A DNA stretch of 32,000 nt, taken from NCBI GenBank assembly GCA_943789275.1, contig CALSTM010000001.1, positions 330,001 through 362,000 of the forward strand, written 5' to 3'. This document shows, one piece after another, positions 1 to 9,679 of the stretch (positions are counted from its first letter, which is position 1; every line of letters starts with the position of its first letter). The translations under genes and the position numbers were made by a program. The notes beneath the pieces were generated by a model. The model was given only the letters and a program-made list of their open reading frames with translations, ran no database searches and was not told the DNA's origin. This DNA comes from Candidatus Poseidoniaceae archaeon (GTDB taxonomy: Archaea; Thermoplasmatota; Poseidoniia; Poseidoniales; Poseidoniaceae).

Positions 1-3000
1 GACGGTTCAGTGTTCGAAATTTCTTCGTCCGCTGAGATTATCGATCAATATCCAATTTCTGAGGATTTAGAGACCGCTCTGCGTCAATCCAATGCATCCG
101 TGACTGAATTGGCCCATGGGCCCGCAGGTGGCGGAGCAAACATGCTTTTCGTAGGTACAGACCGAGGTCTGCTCACTGCAGAAACCACAACTGCTCGTGA
201 TGAGTTCGAGCCGAGTTGGAGATTTTACTACACTCCCGAAACCACTCCCTTCCCCACTTCAATTGATGAACTCCGTTCACTCTCGTTGGGAATGGTCGCC
301 AATCCTGCTGAAGTCCGGACGATGATTCTTGATGGGCCGAATGCAGCCAATGCTCAAGTTTTATGGTTTGGTACGCCATCTGGAGTCCACATGTTGAATT
401 TGGTAGAGAACTCCATTTCTCACAGTGGCCTGTTGGAGCATCCCGGTGTTGAAGGCCGATATGTTCGCGAATACAACAACATTCACGCTTTGCATGTGAC
501 CGGTGATGAAGTCTTGGTCGGTTCAATAAAAGGCATGTGGGCTATTTCTGGAGATTATTCAGCTGTTTATGGCTTCCAAGAACAAGAAACCATTTATGGT
601 GAAATTGTGACGATACAGTCGCTGTTGATTGATGGTAACACAACAATTTTGACTGGTTCTTCTCCAGGTAAATACGCAAACATTGAGCTCATCAATCCAG
701 GTGCGAACGATTCTGACAACGACGGAATGCCCGATGGATGGGAAGTCGCTAACGGCCTTGATCCAACCGATCCCTGGGATTCTCTGTTCGATGCAGACAG
801 CGACGGCCTTGATCTTGACCAAGCCGAAGACGGATTCTTGGAACGACTTTGGACCAACCTTGATGAATACCGGTTTGTATCTCAATCTTTGAACGGCTAC
901 AACTCGACCAACCCCAAAGTTGGCGACACTGACGGTGATGGATTAGGCGATGGAAGCGAATACTTCGGGTTCTTCTATGAAACATCGAACCTTTGGTGCC
1001 ACTACACTGTCCAGATGCAGTACGTCTGCGATGATGCAGCAGGACAGGCTGCCAATGCGACCTACCTTGGATTGTCAAGCACCGACCGTGGGACTGACCC
1101 GACGAATTTCGACAGTGACGGTGACGGAATGCCTGATGGCTGGGAGATTGAGCACAGGAGATGGATTGGTTCCTCGTTCACCGGCGGCAACAATTGGACA
1201 CTGGACCCCAACCGTGCTGATGATGCAAACTGGGACGCAGACAGCGATGGACTGCCTAACCTTTGCGAGTACCAATGGTCTGTCGTTCGCAGTGCAGCAG
1301 TCGACGGCTTGTTGTATGAATCTCATGGAGAATCAGTGAACTCCAGTTTGGAATGGTTTGAAGCAGACCCGAACAACATCGATTCAGATGGAGACTCTCT
1401 ACCTGATGGCTGGGAGTCCGGGGGCTCATGCACATGGGATCCCTCTCGACAAGGCGTAAACCCGCTCAATGCTTCAGATTTGTACCAAAACCCTGATGGC
1501 GATGGATACGATATCAACCACAATGGTATACTGGAAGAAAATGAAGCATTCGTAAACTATCTCGAATTCCACGTCCGTTCGGACTTGTTCAACGGTAACC
1601 AAACCTTCACCGGCGAGTCATTGCCTAACGGTTTTTCCACTGACTTGTTCACCAACATCAGTCTCAACGGCGCCCCTGAAGCGTCATTCGGTGACCGTGC
1701 ATCAGGCTCTGTAACCGCCCTGCAATCGGCCACAAGTGTCGGCTCTTCCAATCCTTTGAGTGCCGACTCGGACGCTGATGGAATGCCAGATGGATGGGAA
1801 GTTTGGTTTGCTCGTTGGAATATTCTTGATGATGCTTGGACCCTGAATCCTTTGGATTCTTCAGACCGTTGGCAAGACGCAGATGATGATGGAATGGCGA
1901 ACTGGGAGGAATACAATTCCATCGCTCCAGAATATTCAGAAACCGACCAAAATCGTTCCTCACCTCAATGGTTTGTAACCACGGTTGGCTCGGCTTTTGC
2001 CTTGCAACAATGGCCAGGCAACACCGTTGAATTCTCGTTTGGTTCGTTCATTGAATCCGACCAAATCAACATTTCCGGGTGGACATCGGACCCGAACAAT
2101 GTCGATACAGACGGCGATGGAATGATTGACGGAATCGAACAATTGTTCACTTCATGGAACCTCAGTGCAGGCCGTTGGACGCTCAATCCTTTGGTGGCCG
2201 GTGATGGTCTGTTCGATGGTGACGCTGATGGTCTCACTGATAGCCAAGAATTTGCCATCGCTGTTGAAAATCCAGAGAACGGAGTAGAACATCCTTCAGA
2301 TGCTCCATTGTTGCATCTCGATGGTGATGTTCAACAACCGACTGAAAAGGCTCAACGTGTGTTCAATATGCTCATCACCAAAGAAACGCGCGGTAAACGC
2401 CTCCTCAATGATTTCAATGATTGGCAAGCTGGAGTTCCGCCGAATGCAATTTTATCTACGCTCTTAGGGATGTCCGATCCGACCAACCCTGATACAGATG
2501 ACGATGGTATGTACGATGGATTTGAATATTGGTTCACTGAATGGGATTTAGAAGAAAACCGTTGGAGTATGAACCCCCTTATTGACAGCGATGTAAACCT
2601 CGATACAGACGGTGACAGTTTCGACTGTGACGGTGATGGTAACATTTCAATGGACGAACGGTTTTCGAATTTACGAGAATGGGAGTCAAGAACGTACGGT
2701 AAGTACAGTGAACGGTTCTCAGTTCCACCTTCGGCAGGTCTCATCGACTTTGGCGAAGATGCGATACAAGCCTACACCGAAGAACTTGGTTTTACCCTGG
2801 CTCAGGCCCAACAAGCGTTGTACGTCGACTTTGCTTCCAAAAATCAAGAAAGCGCAGACAGAATGCTGATGATTAACGAATTTAACGAGGAGAATTTTAA
2901 CCGAACTCTACTCGGTGTTGCAGATCCCACGAACAGCGATTCTGATTCTGATGGTATCGAAGACGGTTGGGAATATTGCTATGCATTGTACGGCATGGAT

Positions 3001-4209
3001 GACCCGACAACCATCAACCATTGGGCATCCAACCCACTCAATCCTTGGGATATTCATTACGATGGAGATCATGATGGATGGTATGACCGCTCTGCGTTTG
3101 ACCAACCTGCAGAACAGGGGACTTGGTCCAGCCGAGTCTTTACTCCAGACTCAGCAATCATTCAATCAGGTTTTGGAGACCTGCCCTTCACGAACTGGAT
3201 GGAGTGGGACAACCAAACTCGGCCAGACTTGAACGATTCCGACGGCGACAGTGTATCGTTTACGACTGTGGTTTCAAATGGCCAGGTTGTGTTGCATGAA
3301 CAAGACTTCAATCTTTCAGATGGCCGTGAAGTGTTCAAGTACGGAATCAACCCGAGTGACAACGATTCCGACGGGGACATGCTTCCTGATTGGTATGAAT
3401 ATGCGAAGGCATGGAATGAAGATAACGACAACTACAGCACCTTCATGCAAATACGTGTGATGTGGATTGATGCGGCTACAGGTGGAGAATGTACGACCGA
3501 CACCAATTCATGTCTTCCACTGTCACAGCAAGGTGCCAACGGTGTGTTGTCACGTCCAGATTTGTCCTTTACTTGGTTCACAATGAATCCGGCAGATCCT
3601 CTTGATGCAAACTTTGACCCTGACCAAGACGGGAACTGGGATTGTACAGGGGCCGGTTGCGTCTATGAACCGTATACGAATTTCCAAGAGTTCTATGCAA
3701 TCACCACCCCCGACCTTTCCTCACCGAATGCAGTTCGTTTGAGTGGCCTCATTTATGATGGGGAAATCGTTCTCGAGTGGTGGCAATTGCGTGCGGCTAT
3801 GTTGAAATTTGACGCATCAGGCGCAAGCAACGAAAATTACCTCAAAATGGACAAGTCGTTCGGAAATGATATACGGTTTGCCTATGTTGTTGACGACAAA
3901 GACACCAACTTCCTTCTCTTGGATTCAGGGGATGATGAAGTTCTCTTAGCAGGTAACCGTACCGATGCATGGGATATCTACTATGTTGGCTCGCCCAATA
4001 CTGCACCTGTACGTTCGGTAGGTGAGCATGAATTCGGCTGGTACCTCCTTGATTATGACAACGATCACATTGCTGAAGGAACGGATCCGACCAATTGGGA
4101 CACTGATGGTGATTGGATGGTGGACTGGTTTGAGGTTCACGATGACGAAGAAGACGGTGTCCGTGGTGACTCTTCACCTCTCCGTTATGATTCTCGCCAA
4201 ACAGGATGA
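1..4209 (+). CDS. Giant secreted/envelope protein, 5'-truncated by the window edge. It has N-terminal beta-propeller-like blades followed by about 18-20 thrombospondin-type-3-like Ca2+-binding repeats, and no C-terminal membrane anchor.
   Basis: The frame is open from nt 1 (codons 1-9 = D G S, no stop), so the GTG at 10 is probably not the true start. The ORF is uninterrupted for 1399 aa. The motif DxDxDGxxDxxE recurs many times, e.g. NDSDNDGMPDGWE, FDSDGDGMPDGWE, DSDADGMPDGWE, DTDGDGMIDGIE, DTDDDGMYDGFE, DSDSDGIEDGWE, DNDSDGDMLPDWYE, WDTDGDWMVDWFE. N-terminal segments such as MLFVGTDRGLLTA, LWFGTPSGVHMLN and VLVGSIKGMWAIS resemble propeller blades. The protein ends ...RYDSRQTG with no hydrophobic segment. 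Confidence 0.9.
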   Translation, partial: DGSVFEISSSAEIIDQYPISEDLETALRQSNASVTELAHGPAGGGANMLFVGTDRGLLTAETTTARDEFEPSWRFYYTPETTPFPTSIDELRSLSLGMVANPAEVRTMILDGPNAANAQVLWFGTPSGVHMLNLVENSISHSGLLEHPGVEGRYVREYNNIHALHVTGDEVLVGSIKGMWAISGDYSAVYGFQEQETIYGEIVTIQSLLIDGNTTILTGSSPGKYANIELINPGANDSDNDGMPDGWEVANGLDPTDPWDSLFDADSDGLDLDQAEDGFLERLWTNLDEYRFVSQSLNGYNSTNPKVGDTDGDGLGDGSEYFGFFYETSNLWCHYTVQMQYVCDDAAGQAANATYLGLSSTDRGTDPTNFDSDGDGMPDGWEIEHRRWIGSSFTGGNNWTLDPNRADDANWDADSDGLPNLCEYQWSVVRSAAVDGLLYESHGESVNSSLEWFEADPNNIDSDGDSLPDGWESGGSCTWDPSRQGVNPLNASDLYQNPDGDGYDINHNGILEENEAFVNYLEFHVRSDLFNGNQTFTGESLPNGFSTDLFTNISLNGAPEASFGDRASGSVTALQSATSVGSSNPLSADSDADGMPDGWEVWFARWNILDDAWTLNPLDSSDRWQDADDDGMANWEEYNSIAPEYSETDQNRSSPQWFVTTVGSAFALQQWPGNTVEFSFGSFIESDQINISGWTSDPNNVDTDGDGMIDGIEQLFTSWNLSAGRWTLNPLVAGDGLFDGDADGLTDSQEFAIAVENPENGVEHPSDAPLLHLDGDVQQPTEKAQRVFNMLITKETRGKRLLNDFNDWQAGVPPNAILSTLLGMSDPTNPDTDDDGMYDGFEYWFTEWDLEENRWSMNPLIDSDVNLDTDGDSFDCDGDGNISMDERFSNLREWESRTYGKYSERFSVPPSAGLIDFGEDAIQAYTEELGFTLAQAQQALYVDFASKNQESADRMLMINEFNEENFNRTLLGVADPTNSDSDSDGIEDGWEYCYALYGMDDPTTINHWASNPLNPWDIHYDGDHDGWYDRSAFDQPAEQGTWSSRVFTPDSAIIQSGFGDLPFTNWMEWDNQTRPDLNDSDGDSVSFTTVVSNGQVVLHEQDFNLSDGREVFKYGINPSDNDSDGDMLPDWYEYAKAWNEDNDNYSTFMQIRVMWIDAATGGECTTDTNSCLPLSQQGANGVLSRPDLSFTWFTMNPADPLDANFDPDQDGNWDCTGAGCVYEPYTNFQEFYAITTPDLSSPNAVRLSGLIYDGEIVLEWWQLRAAMLKFDASGASNENYLKMDKSFGNDIRFAYVVDDKDTNFLLLDSGDDEVLLAGNRTDAWDIYYVGSPNTAPVRSVGEHEFGWYLLDYDNDHIAEGTDPTNWDTDGDWMVDWFEVHDDEEDGVRGDSSPLRYDSRQTG
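705..4160 (+). repeat. Coding-level array of TSP3-like calcium-binding repeats, degenerate at the DNA level.
   Basis: Repeated peptide motif DxDxDG(M/L)xDGxE. At the DNA level only short near-identical stretches exist, e.g. GGAATGCCnGATGGATGGGAAGT at about 724-746 and about 1780-1802. Confidence 0.85.
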
Positions 4210-4265
4210 TTCAGACCGAACCTGAAGGGGTTTAATTCAAAGGCCATAGCGCCTGTGGTGTTTCC

Positions 4266-4271
4266 GGGGAG
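4266..4271 (+). promoter_or_regulatory. Shine-Dalgarno-like site (GGGGAG) 5 nt upstream of the ATG at 4277.
   Basis: The sequence reads tttccGGGGAGcagacATG, complementary to the conserved CCUCC 3' end of archaeal 16S rRNA. Confidence 0.5.
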
Positions 4272-4276
4272 CAGAC

Positions 4277-7200
4277 ATGCAGAACGAATTTTCAAACGGG
4301 CGCGGCATCATGTTCGTACTTTTTTTCATCATGGTTCTTTCACCGATGGGGCCAATGGCGGAAGTTTTCGTAGGTTCTGCTGACGCTGCCGGCGTTTCAC
4401 GGCACATTTATGAATTCAGTGATGGTTCTACGGAACACGTGGCCTTGTACCAAGGTGCGAATCCAGACATCGGTGCTGAAATCTCATTGCCAAAGGGTGC
4501 GTTGGTGACTGAAGTTTCGATGACGCTTTCGGGCGCATCTGCTACAGGTTGGAGCCAAACCGTGACGGATGATCGTGATGAATGGATTGCAGGCGGAGCC
4601 TCCGCAACCGATTCGCGAAGCGGCGATTTGAGCCTCGACTTGGCAAACAGTTCATCCAGTTTCTTTGCACACGGTTTTGACGAAACCGTTAATCCTGCCT
4701 CTGATGCATGGCTCGATAACGGTTCATACGCTGTTCGACAACCGCACACATCGAATTCGACAGAAAGCCGATTCTCTCAGCAAGTTCTCAAAACTTCGTC
4801 GAATTTTAACAAGCAGAGTCAGGGTGCTGTACTGAAACATCATGACTGGTTGTTCATGTCCACTTGGAGTTCTTCAACCTTTCAAAACATTGTCCATCGA
4901 CTTTATCCAAACAACGCTACCAAAGAGTCTGTAATCACATTGGACCAAGCTCAGTGTACTCTTCCAAATTTGCATTCGAGTACGTACTATGCAAACTACG
5001 GATTCCGTGACTGGACAATTACCGATGATGAACGAATGTTCGCCATTTTGTCTGGATACAAATACCACTATTCGTCTTCAGCACCTACACAGTACCACCG
5101 TGTTTTAGAGATGGATATTTCTCGAGATGATGTTTGGACTTGTATCGACTCTTACGATGTTTCACCTCAATATTCAGAGTATACCGCAATCGCCTATGAT
5201 CGCACAACAGAAGATGTTTGGATTGTGCATAACGCACAACGACGGATTGTTCCTTATACATTCAGCGAAACGCCTGATGGAACTTACACCCGTGGAGATA
5301 ACATGTACTCGTATTCATCATCATCCGGTAGTGCATGGGAGTGTGGCAAGACCGGGCAACAGGTTCGCGGTTTGGAAGTGAACGAAACGACGTTCTTCAT
5401 GCGATGTCAAAAAGGCTCAACGAGCCAAGACAAGGACCAACTTGAAGCATGGACAATCTCCGGTTCTTCAACCTCCCTTGTTCCGCAATCCGGAACACGC
5501 CTCCTCTCTGCACTCGGATATGGGCTGCAATATGATGGGTCACGTTTTGTTACCGCGGACTGCGGTTACTCAACATGGTCTTCTTCGACACTTTACTACC
5601 GTGAATACGGCACAGGATGGCAATTTAAGACCACACCTGCGCCAGGTACAACCACTTGGCTTGGTCCAGTCATTAACTCAACTGAACCGGTGCTTGCTGC
5701 GAACATGCAGACCTATTGGTCCGCGGCATCAATCGGTGACCGTGTCGACTACTGGATATCAGCCGACAATGGGACGCACTGGGAGCCTGTAACTTCCAAT
5801 TCCACGATTCATTTTGATTATCCTGGTAACGAACTTGTTTGGAAAGCACAACTCATCGGCTCAACTGCAGTTTCATGGTGGGTGGATGTCGAGTATGCTA
5901 CAGAATATACCACTTCTGGCAGTTGGACTTCAACACCTCTGGTCACCGGGACCAAAGTTGGTAAAGTCCGACCCAACTGGCAAGCAGATGTTCCAGCCGG
6001 AACCTCAATACTCGTTCAGGTTTCAAACGATAACGGCTCGTCTTGGTTGCCTGCCTTGAACAATCAAGAAGTAAGTTTCCCATCGACAGAAGCAGGTGAC
6101 ACAATTCGTTACGCTATCAGCATGTCGACATCGGATTCAACACGAACGCCGCTCATTGATTTGGTCACATTGGAATACGAGGAAGGTTATCCAGACCGGC
6201 CGAAAATCGATGTTGGTAACGATTTGGTTTGGGATTGGGAATCGGTTCTTTTCTTGAATGAATCTTCTGTCGTTGCAAGTGACATGTCGCTGGTCAATGC
6301 TGAAGTAAAGTATCAACCAACACTTGTCCAAGCGTTTAACGCCCTCATTCCACAGAACGGTGAGGGCGATGTCCTCATTCCAATTGCGATTAAGGCAGCA
6401 ACCTCTGGTCGCGTTAAGATTTCGAACCTCGACATTACGTACAAGATGCAAACCAGGGCGATTGACGCATCGCTTGAGGGTGGAATCATCTCTCCAGACG
6501 GTGTCTTTAGGAACTTGCATGTTCGAATCGCACCAGGTGATGACGTTGACCGAGTGACGAGCTCTCTGGTTGCGCTCAACAATTCATACGGCGAAAACCC
6601 TGCCTTTGAATGGGAACGCGGTGACACCTGTTCGGTCGTCAGCGATGCAGATGGTATCGTCCAATTCGATGCAGCAAACTGTACTTCTGTGATGGACTCA
6701 ACTGGCCTGGTCACGATTCGGATGCCGATGTCTGTCAACTGGTCATGGGACGATGAAAGCAAATTACAAGCACTCATATCGGTTCAAGATGACTTGGGAC
6801 AAGCCGTCGTTTCATGGCAAACTGAATCCTTGGACATGGTTGTCGAAAACGATATTCAAATTGACGGACTTCGAGTCTATGAAGAAACAGGCCGTGAACT
6901 CTATTCTCAAGACTGGGTCCGTGGAGGCTACCTGATGTCGTTTACTGGCGTTATACATTTCCAAGATTCACAACTCACGCCGTTGGGTGGTCAATTTGCA
7001 CTCCGAATCTTGGGTCAAAATGTAACGTATGACGGGGATCCGATTGGCGAGCCAATCGAACTTACACGTGAACAAAATCCTGCGTTTGGCGCTTTCAATA
7101 TCACCATTACCTCACCGATGGAATCGGCACCGGGTGGAATGGTATTCTACGTCGAGGCCATTGAATTGAAGAACGGCTCAACATTCACTAATCCTGGTTA

Positions 7201-9670
7201 CAATACCATCCGTTTGGTACTCGACGGTAACTCACCGTTGGTCCTAAGTTCCACTCCAGCGGACGGTTCAGAACGCCATGCAGGCCCGCCAGCACCAGGT
7301 GGTCAAGCGCTTAGTGTCGTGGTTCAAGACTCAGTCGATCCCCCGAGCCAACTCACACTCAACTATTGGATTGGGTGCAAGGCAAGTGAAGCAATTGGTT
7401 GCAGCGACTACAATTTTGACGGATTACCGAATGCCAACGAATATGAAATGAAGGTGCTTAATTCACCGGAAACCCAAACTGGAGGTTTGAATATTTTTGA
7501 TGGACTCATCGATGACTCAATGCTTCAACACGGCCAACTGGTTTCATATTTCATTACAGGCAAAGACGCTCAAGACAACGCTATCGCAATGGGCGGTGGA
7601 CCCGTTTGCCCAGACAGCAACACCGCATGCGGCTATGTACCTGGGGAAACCGAACCTGATTGGGACAATGATTTGGGCACCTATCGTATCCGAGTTGAAT
7701 TTGAGCCAGAGCTTGATTTGGACAATTCCACCATCCTCGGCCACGACGATTCGGCTCCTTTGCACCCAGGTATTCCTTACACGGCACAAATCGTACTCTC
7801 TGACCGAAATGGATGGGAAGATATTCAGTACATTCAACTGGCGCTCGGTGGAGATTACGATGATGATGAAAGTTCGTTGTTCATCTCCTTGACTAAGGGA
7901 CATGATGGCCTACCAGTCGCAGTTATGGAGTCCGGCTCCGCAAACATAGCAGTATCGAATCTGTATTCAAGCGTGAGTTTAGATGAAACAGACAACAACC
8001 TCATCAAAATACTTGCACGTTTCCAACTCACTTGGACGTTCCCAGAAATATTTGATACCGATGGTGCCAGTCTTATCATTCCAAAAATAAAGGTGACCGA
8101 CTTACCTTGCAATGACATCGAAGTTACTCCTTGTTTCGAAACCAACGAAGGTCTTGGAAACGATGCATGGAGTCTTGATAACGACTTCAGGTTTGATACA
8201 ATGGAAGGCCATATTCGAGCAGTTGAACTGCGCGATGGAACGAACCATTACAATTCAGACTTTGATGAAACCCTCATCGGTGCTGGACAAGCTCTTCGCG
8301 TCAACGGTCGCGTACTTTTCTCAGAAGACGAAACACCAGCACCACCTGGTGCTTTTGACGTTGTTTTTGGAGATTACGACAACACTTGGACGACCTCTAC
8401 TCGCGTCGATGGGGAATTCAGTCTCGACTTGTTGATTCCATCTGTTCCATCAGGACATCTTGATTTACAACTTGGTTTGGGTGATTTACCCGGTTTTGCC
8501 ATGGATGAAACATCCACGACTCAGCGTGTTCGTTTGGCTGTTGATAGCGAACGTCCAACCATTGCCGCCATCACCTTAGATGAAGTCAATTCTGGTTCTC
8601 CACTTTCCATTGGGGCTTGTGGAGACCTACAGGTTATGCTTGAGACATTGGATGACTACGGTTTTGATCTCGATGAACCTGCAGTTGTCCACTATCGTGT
8701 ACGTGCAGGTGAAGCAGAAATCTCCCGGGGAAGTGTTCCTTTGCCGGACACAACTCCGTTTGGTGAACAATTCTTTTGGACTGGTAATCTTGATTTGACC
8801 GATGCAGGGGCAACAACCCTTTTGCCATCCTATATGGTTGATGTCTGGGTTTCAGGTTCTGATTCCGCAGGGAATCCGTTCGATACGACCGGCAATTCGA
8901 TTGACGAGCCAATTGCGTCATGGTCTTTGGCTTTGCTCGGCCCAAGTATCGACCTCAATGCTGCAACGAGCAGTTTCTCATGGGACGACCCAAGTCCAAT
9001 CGCACAACAAGCTGTGAACCTTGATTTCGAGGTCCGAAACCTTGGCGGTAAGGGAGATGTTGCTCTGGTTCTCCAACGTGCTGTTGAAGGTGGCTTTTGG
9101 GAGAATATCGCTCGAGTTGACATTGTAGCAACAGCGGGTGGTGAGTTGACAGGATCTCTACCGACAATTGCCGATGCAGATGTTGGTGACAGCATCGAGT
9201 TCCGACTTGTGGTATTGGTGGACGAGGTGGAAATGGACCGCACTTCTCTGGAACCTCTTTTCATCAAAGAACAAACCATTCGCGATGGCAAAGCGCTGGC
9301 TCAGCAAGCACAAGAAGGGACATTCAGTATTGTACTGTACATCGTCGCTCTACTTTCTCTCAGCATGGCTATGTGGCTCTTGGTGATGAACCGACGAATT
9401 CGTGAAGGAGAACTCGATCCAGGTGTTGAAGACCAAACTGAAGAAGTGCTCGAAGACCTTCAAAATTCCAAGGTGCTTCCGGCTATTGATCAAGACCTTC
9501 CGCCACCAAGTGGTTTGACATTACCTCAACCAGCGACTTCTCCTGCCCCGGCAGTTGCCTCGGCTGTAAAGGCTCCACCACCTCTACCTCCAACAGGTCT
9601 TCCTGAAGGATGGACAATGGACCAATGGAATCATTTCGGATGGCAATACGTCGAATCGATGAAGAAGTGA
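4277..9670 (+). CDS. Giant type-I membrane-anchored surface protein (1797 aa). Architecture: signal peptide, very large ectodomain with two Asp-box/BNR-like motifs and a CARDB-like domain, single TM helix, proline-rich cytoplasmic tail.
   Basis: The N-terminus MQNEFSNGRGIMFVLFFIMVLSPMGPMAEVFVGSADAAG has signal-peptide character. Asp-box-like SADNGTHW lies at 5759-5782 and SNDNGSSW at 6023-6046. VNLDFEVRNLGGKGDVALVL is a CARDB-like strand pattern. The TM is FSIVLYIVALLSLSMAMWLLVMN followed by RRIRE (about 9322-9390). The tail is rich in P (PPPSGLTLPQPATSPAPAVASAVKAPPPLPPTGLPEGW). Confidence 0.92.
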   Translation: MQNEFSNGRGIMFVLFFIMVLSPMGPMAEVFVGSADAAGVSRHIYEFSDGSTEHVALYQGANPDIGAEISLPKGALVTEVSMTLSGASATGWSQTVTDDRDEWIAGGASATDSRSGDLSLDLANSSSSFFAHGFDETVNPASDAWLDNGSYAVRQPHTSNSTESRFSQQVLKTSSNFNKQSQGAVLKHHDWLFMSTWSSSTFQNIVHRLYPNNATKESVITLDQAQCTLPNLHSSTYYANYGFRDWTITDDERMFAILSGYKYHYSSSAPTQYHRVLEMDISRDDVWTCIDSYDVSPQYSEYTAIAYDRTTEDVWIVHNAQRRIVPYTFSETPDGTYTRGDNMYSYSSSSGSAWECGKTGQQVRGLEVNETTFFMRCQKGSTSQDKDQLEAWTISGSSTSLVPQSGTRLLSALGYGLQYDGSRFVTADCGYSTWSSSTLYYREYGTGWQFKTTPAPGTTTWLGPVINSTEPVLAANMQTYWSAASIGDRVDYWISADNGTHWEPVTSNSTIHFDYPGNELVWKAQLIGSTAVSWWVDVEYATEYTTSGSWTSTPLVTGTKVGKVRPNWQADVPAGTSILVQVSNDNGSSWLPALNNQEVSFPSTEAGDTIRYAISMSTSDSTRTPLIDLVTLEYEEGYPDRPKIDVGNDLVWDWESVLFLNESSVVASDMSLVNAEVKYQPTLVQAFNALIPQNGEGDVLIPIAIKAATSGRVKISNLDITYKMQTRAIDASLEGGIISPDGVFRNLHVRIAPGDDVDRVTSSLVALNNSYGENPAFEWERGDTCSVVSDADGIVQFDAANCTSVMDSTGLVTIRMPMSVNWSWDDESKLQALISVQDDLGQAVVSWQTESLDMVVENDIQIDGLRVYEETGRELYSQDWVRGGYLMSFTGVIHFQDSQLTPLGGQFALRILGQNVTYDGDPIGEPIELTREQNPAFGAFNITITSPMESAPGGMVFYVEAIELKNGSTFTNPGYNTIRLVLDGNSPLVLSSTPADGSERHAGPPAPGGQALSVVVQDSVDPPSQLTLNYWIGCKASEAIGCSDYNFDGLPNANEYEMKVLNSPETQTGGLNIFDGLIDDSMLQHGQLVSYFITGKDAQDNAIAMGGGPVCPDSNTACGYVPGETEPDWDNDLGTYRIRVEFEPELDLDNSTILGHDDSAPLHPGIPYTAQIVLSDRNGWEDIQYIQLALGGDYDDDESSLFISLTKGHDGLPVAVMESGSANIAVSNLYSSVSLDETDNNLIKILARFQLTWTFPEIFDTDGASLIIPKIKVTDLPCNDIEVTPCFETNEGLGNDAWSLDNDFRFDTMEGHIRAVELRDGTNHYNSDFDETLIGAGQALRVNGRVLFSEDETPAPPGAFDVVFGDYDNTWTTSTRVDGEFSLDLLIPSVPSGHLDLQLGLGDLPGFAMDETSTTQRVRLAVDSERPTIAAITLDEVNSGSPLSIGACGDLQVMLETLDDYGFDLDEPAVVHYRVRAGEAEISRGSVPLPDTTPFGEQFFWTGNLDLTDAGATTLLPSYMVDVWVSGSDSAGNPFDTTGNSIDEPIASWSLALLGPSIDLNAATSSFSWDDPSPIAQQAVNLDFEVRNLGGKGDVALVLQRAVEGGFWENIARVDIVATAGGELTGSLPTIADADVGDSIEFRLVVLVDEVEMDRTSLEPLFIKEQTIRDGKALAQQAQEGTFSIVLYIVALLSLSMAMWLLVMNRRIREGELDPGVEDQTEEVLEDLQNSKVLPAIDQDLPPPSGLTLPQPATSPAPAVASAVKAPPPLPPTGLPEGWTMDQWNHFGWQYVESMKK

Positions 9671-9679
9671 GTTGCTGAC

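Noticed and set aside
705-4160. Periodic DNA similarity that could suggest a tandem-repeat or CRISPR-like array.
   Set aside because: The repeats are short (about 23 nt at best), degenerate, irregularly spaced and in-frame within one ORF. They reflect the repeated peptide GMPDGWE/DxDxDG, not direct repeats with spacers.
4210-4226. Hairpin TTCAG-accgaac-CTGAA immediately after the stop of the TSP3 giant, considered as an intercistronic terminator or attenuator.
   Set aside because: The 5-bp AT-rich stem has a 7-nt loop and no T-tract. It is too weak to call, and the downstream gene has its own SD, consistent with read-through.
6313-6777. Antisense and alternate-frame ORFs of 100-170 aa lie inside the long genes. 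Examples are 6313-6777(-), 8830-9291(-), 14203-14718(-), 15537-16052(+), 18745-19329(-) and 26550-27170(+).
   Set aside because: Each lies entirely within, or largely overlaps, a much longer ORF that has clear motifs or signal/TM features. Their translations are Ser/Arg/Pro-rich low-complexity sequence typical of shadow frames, and they have no start-site signals.
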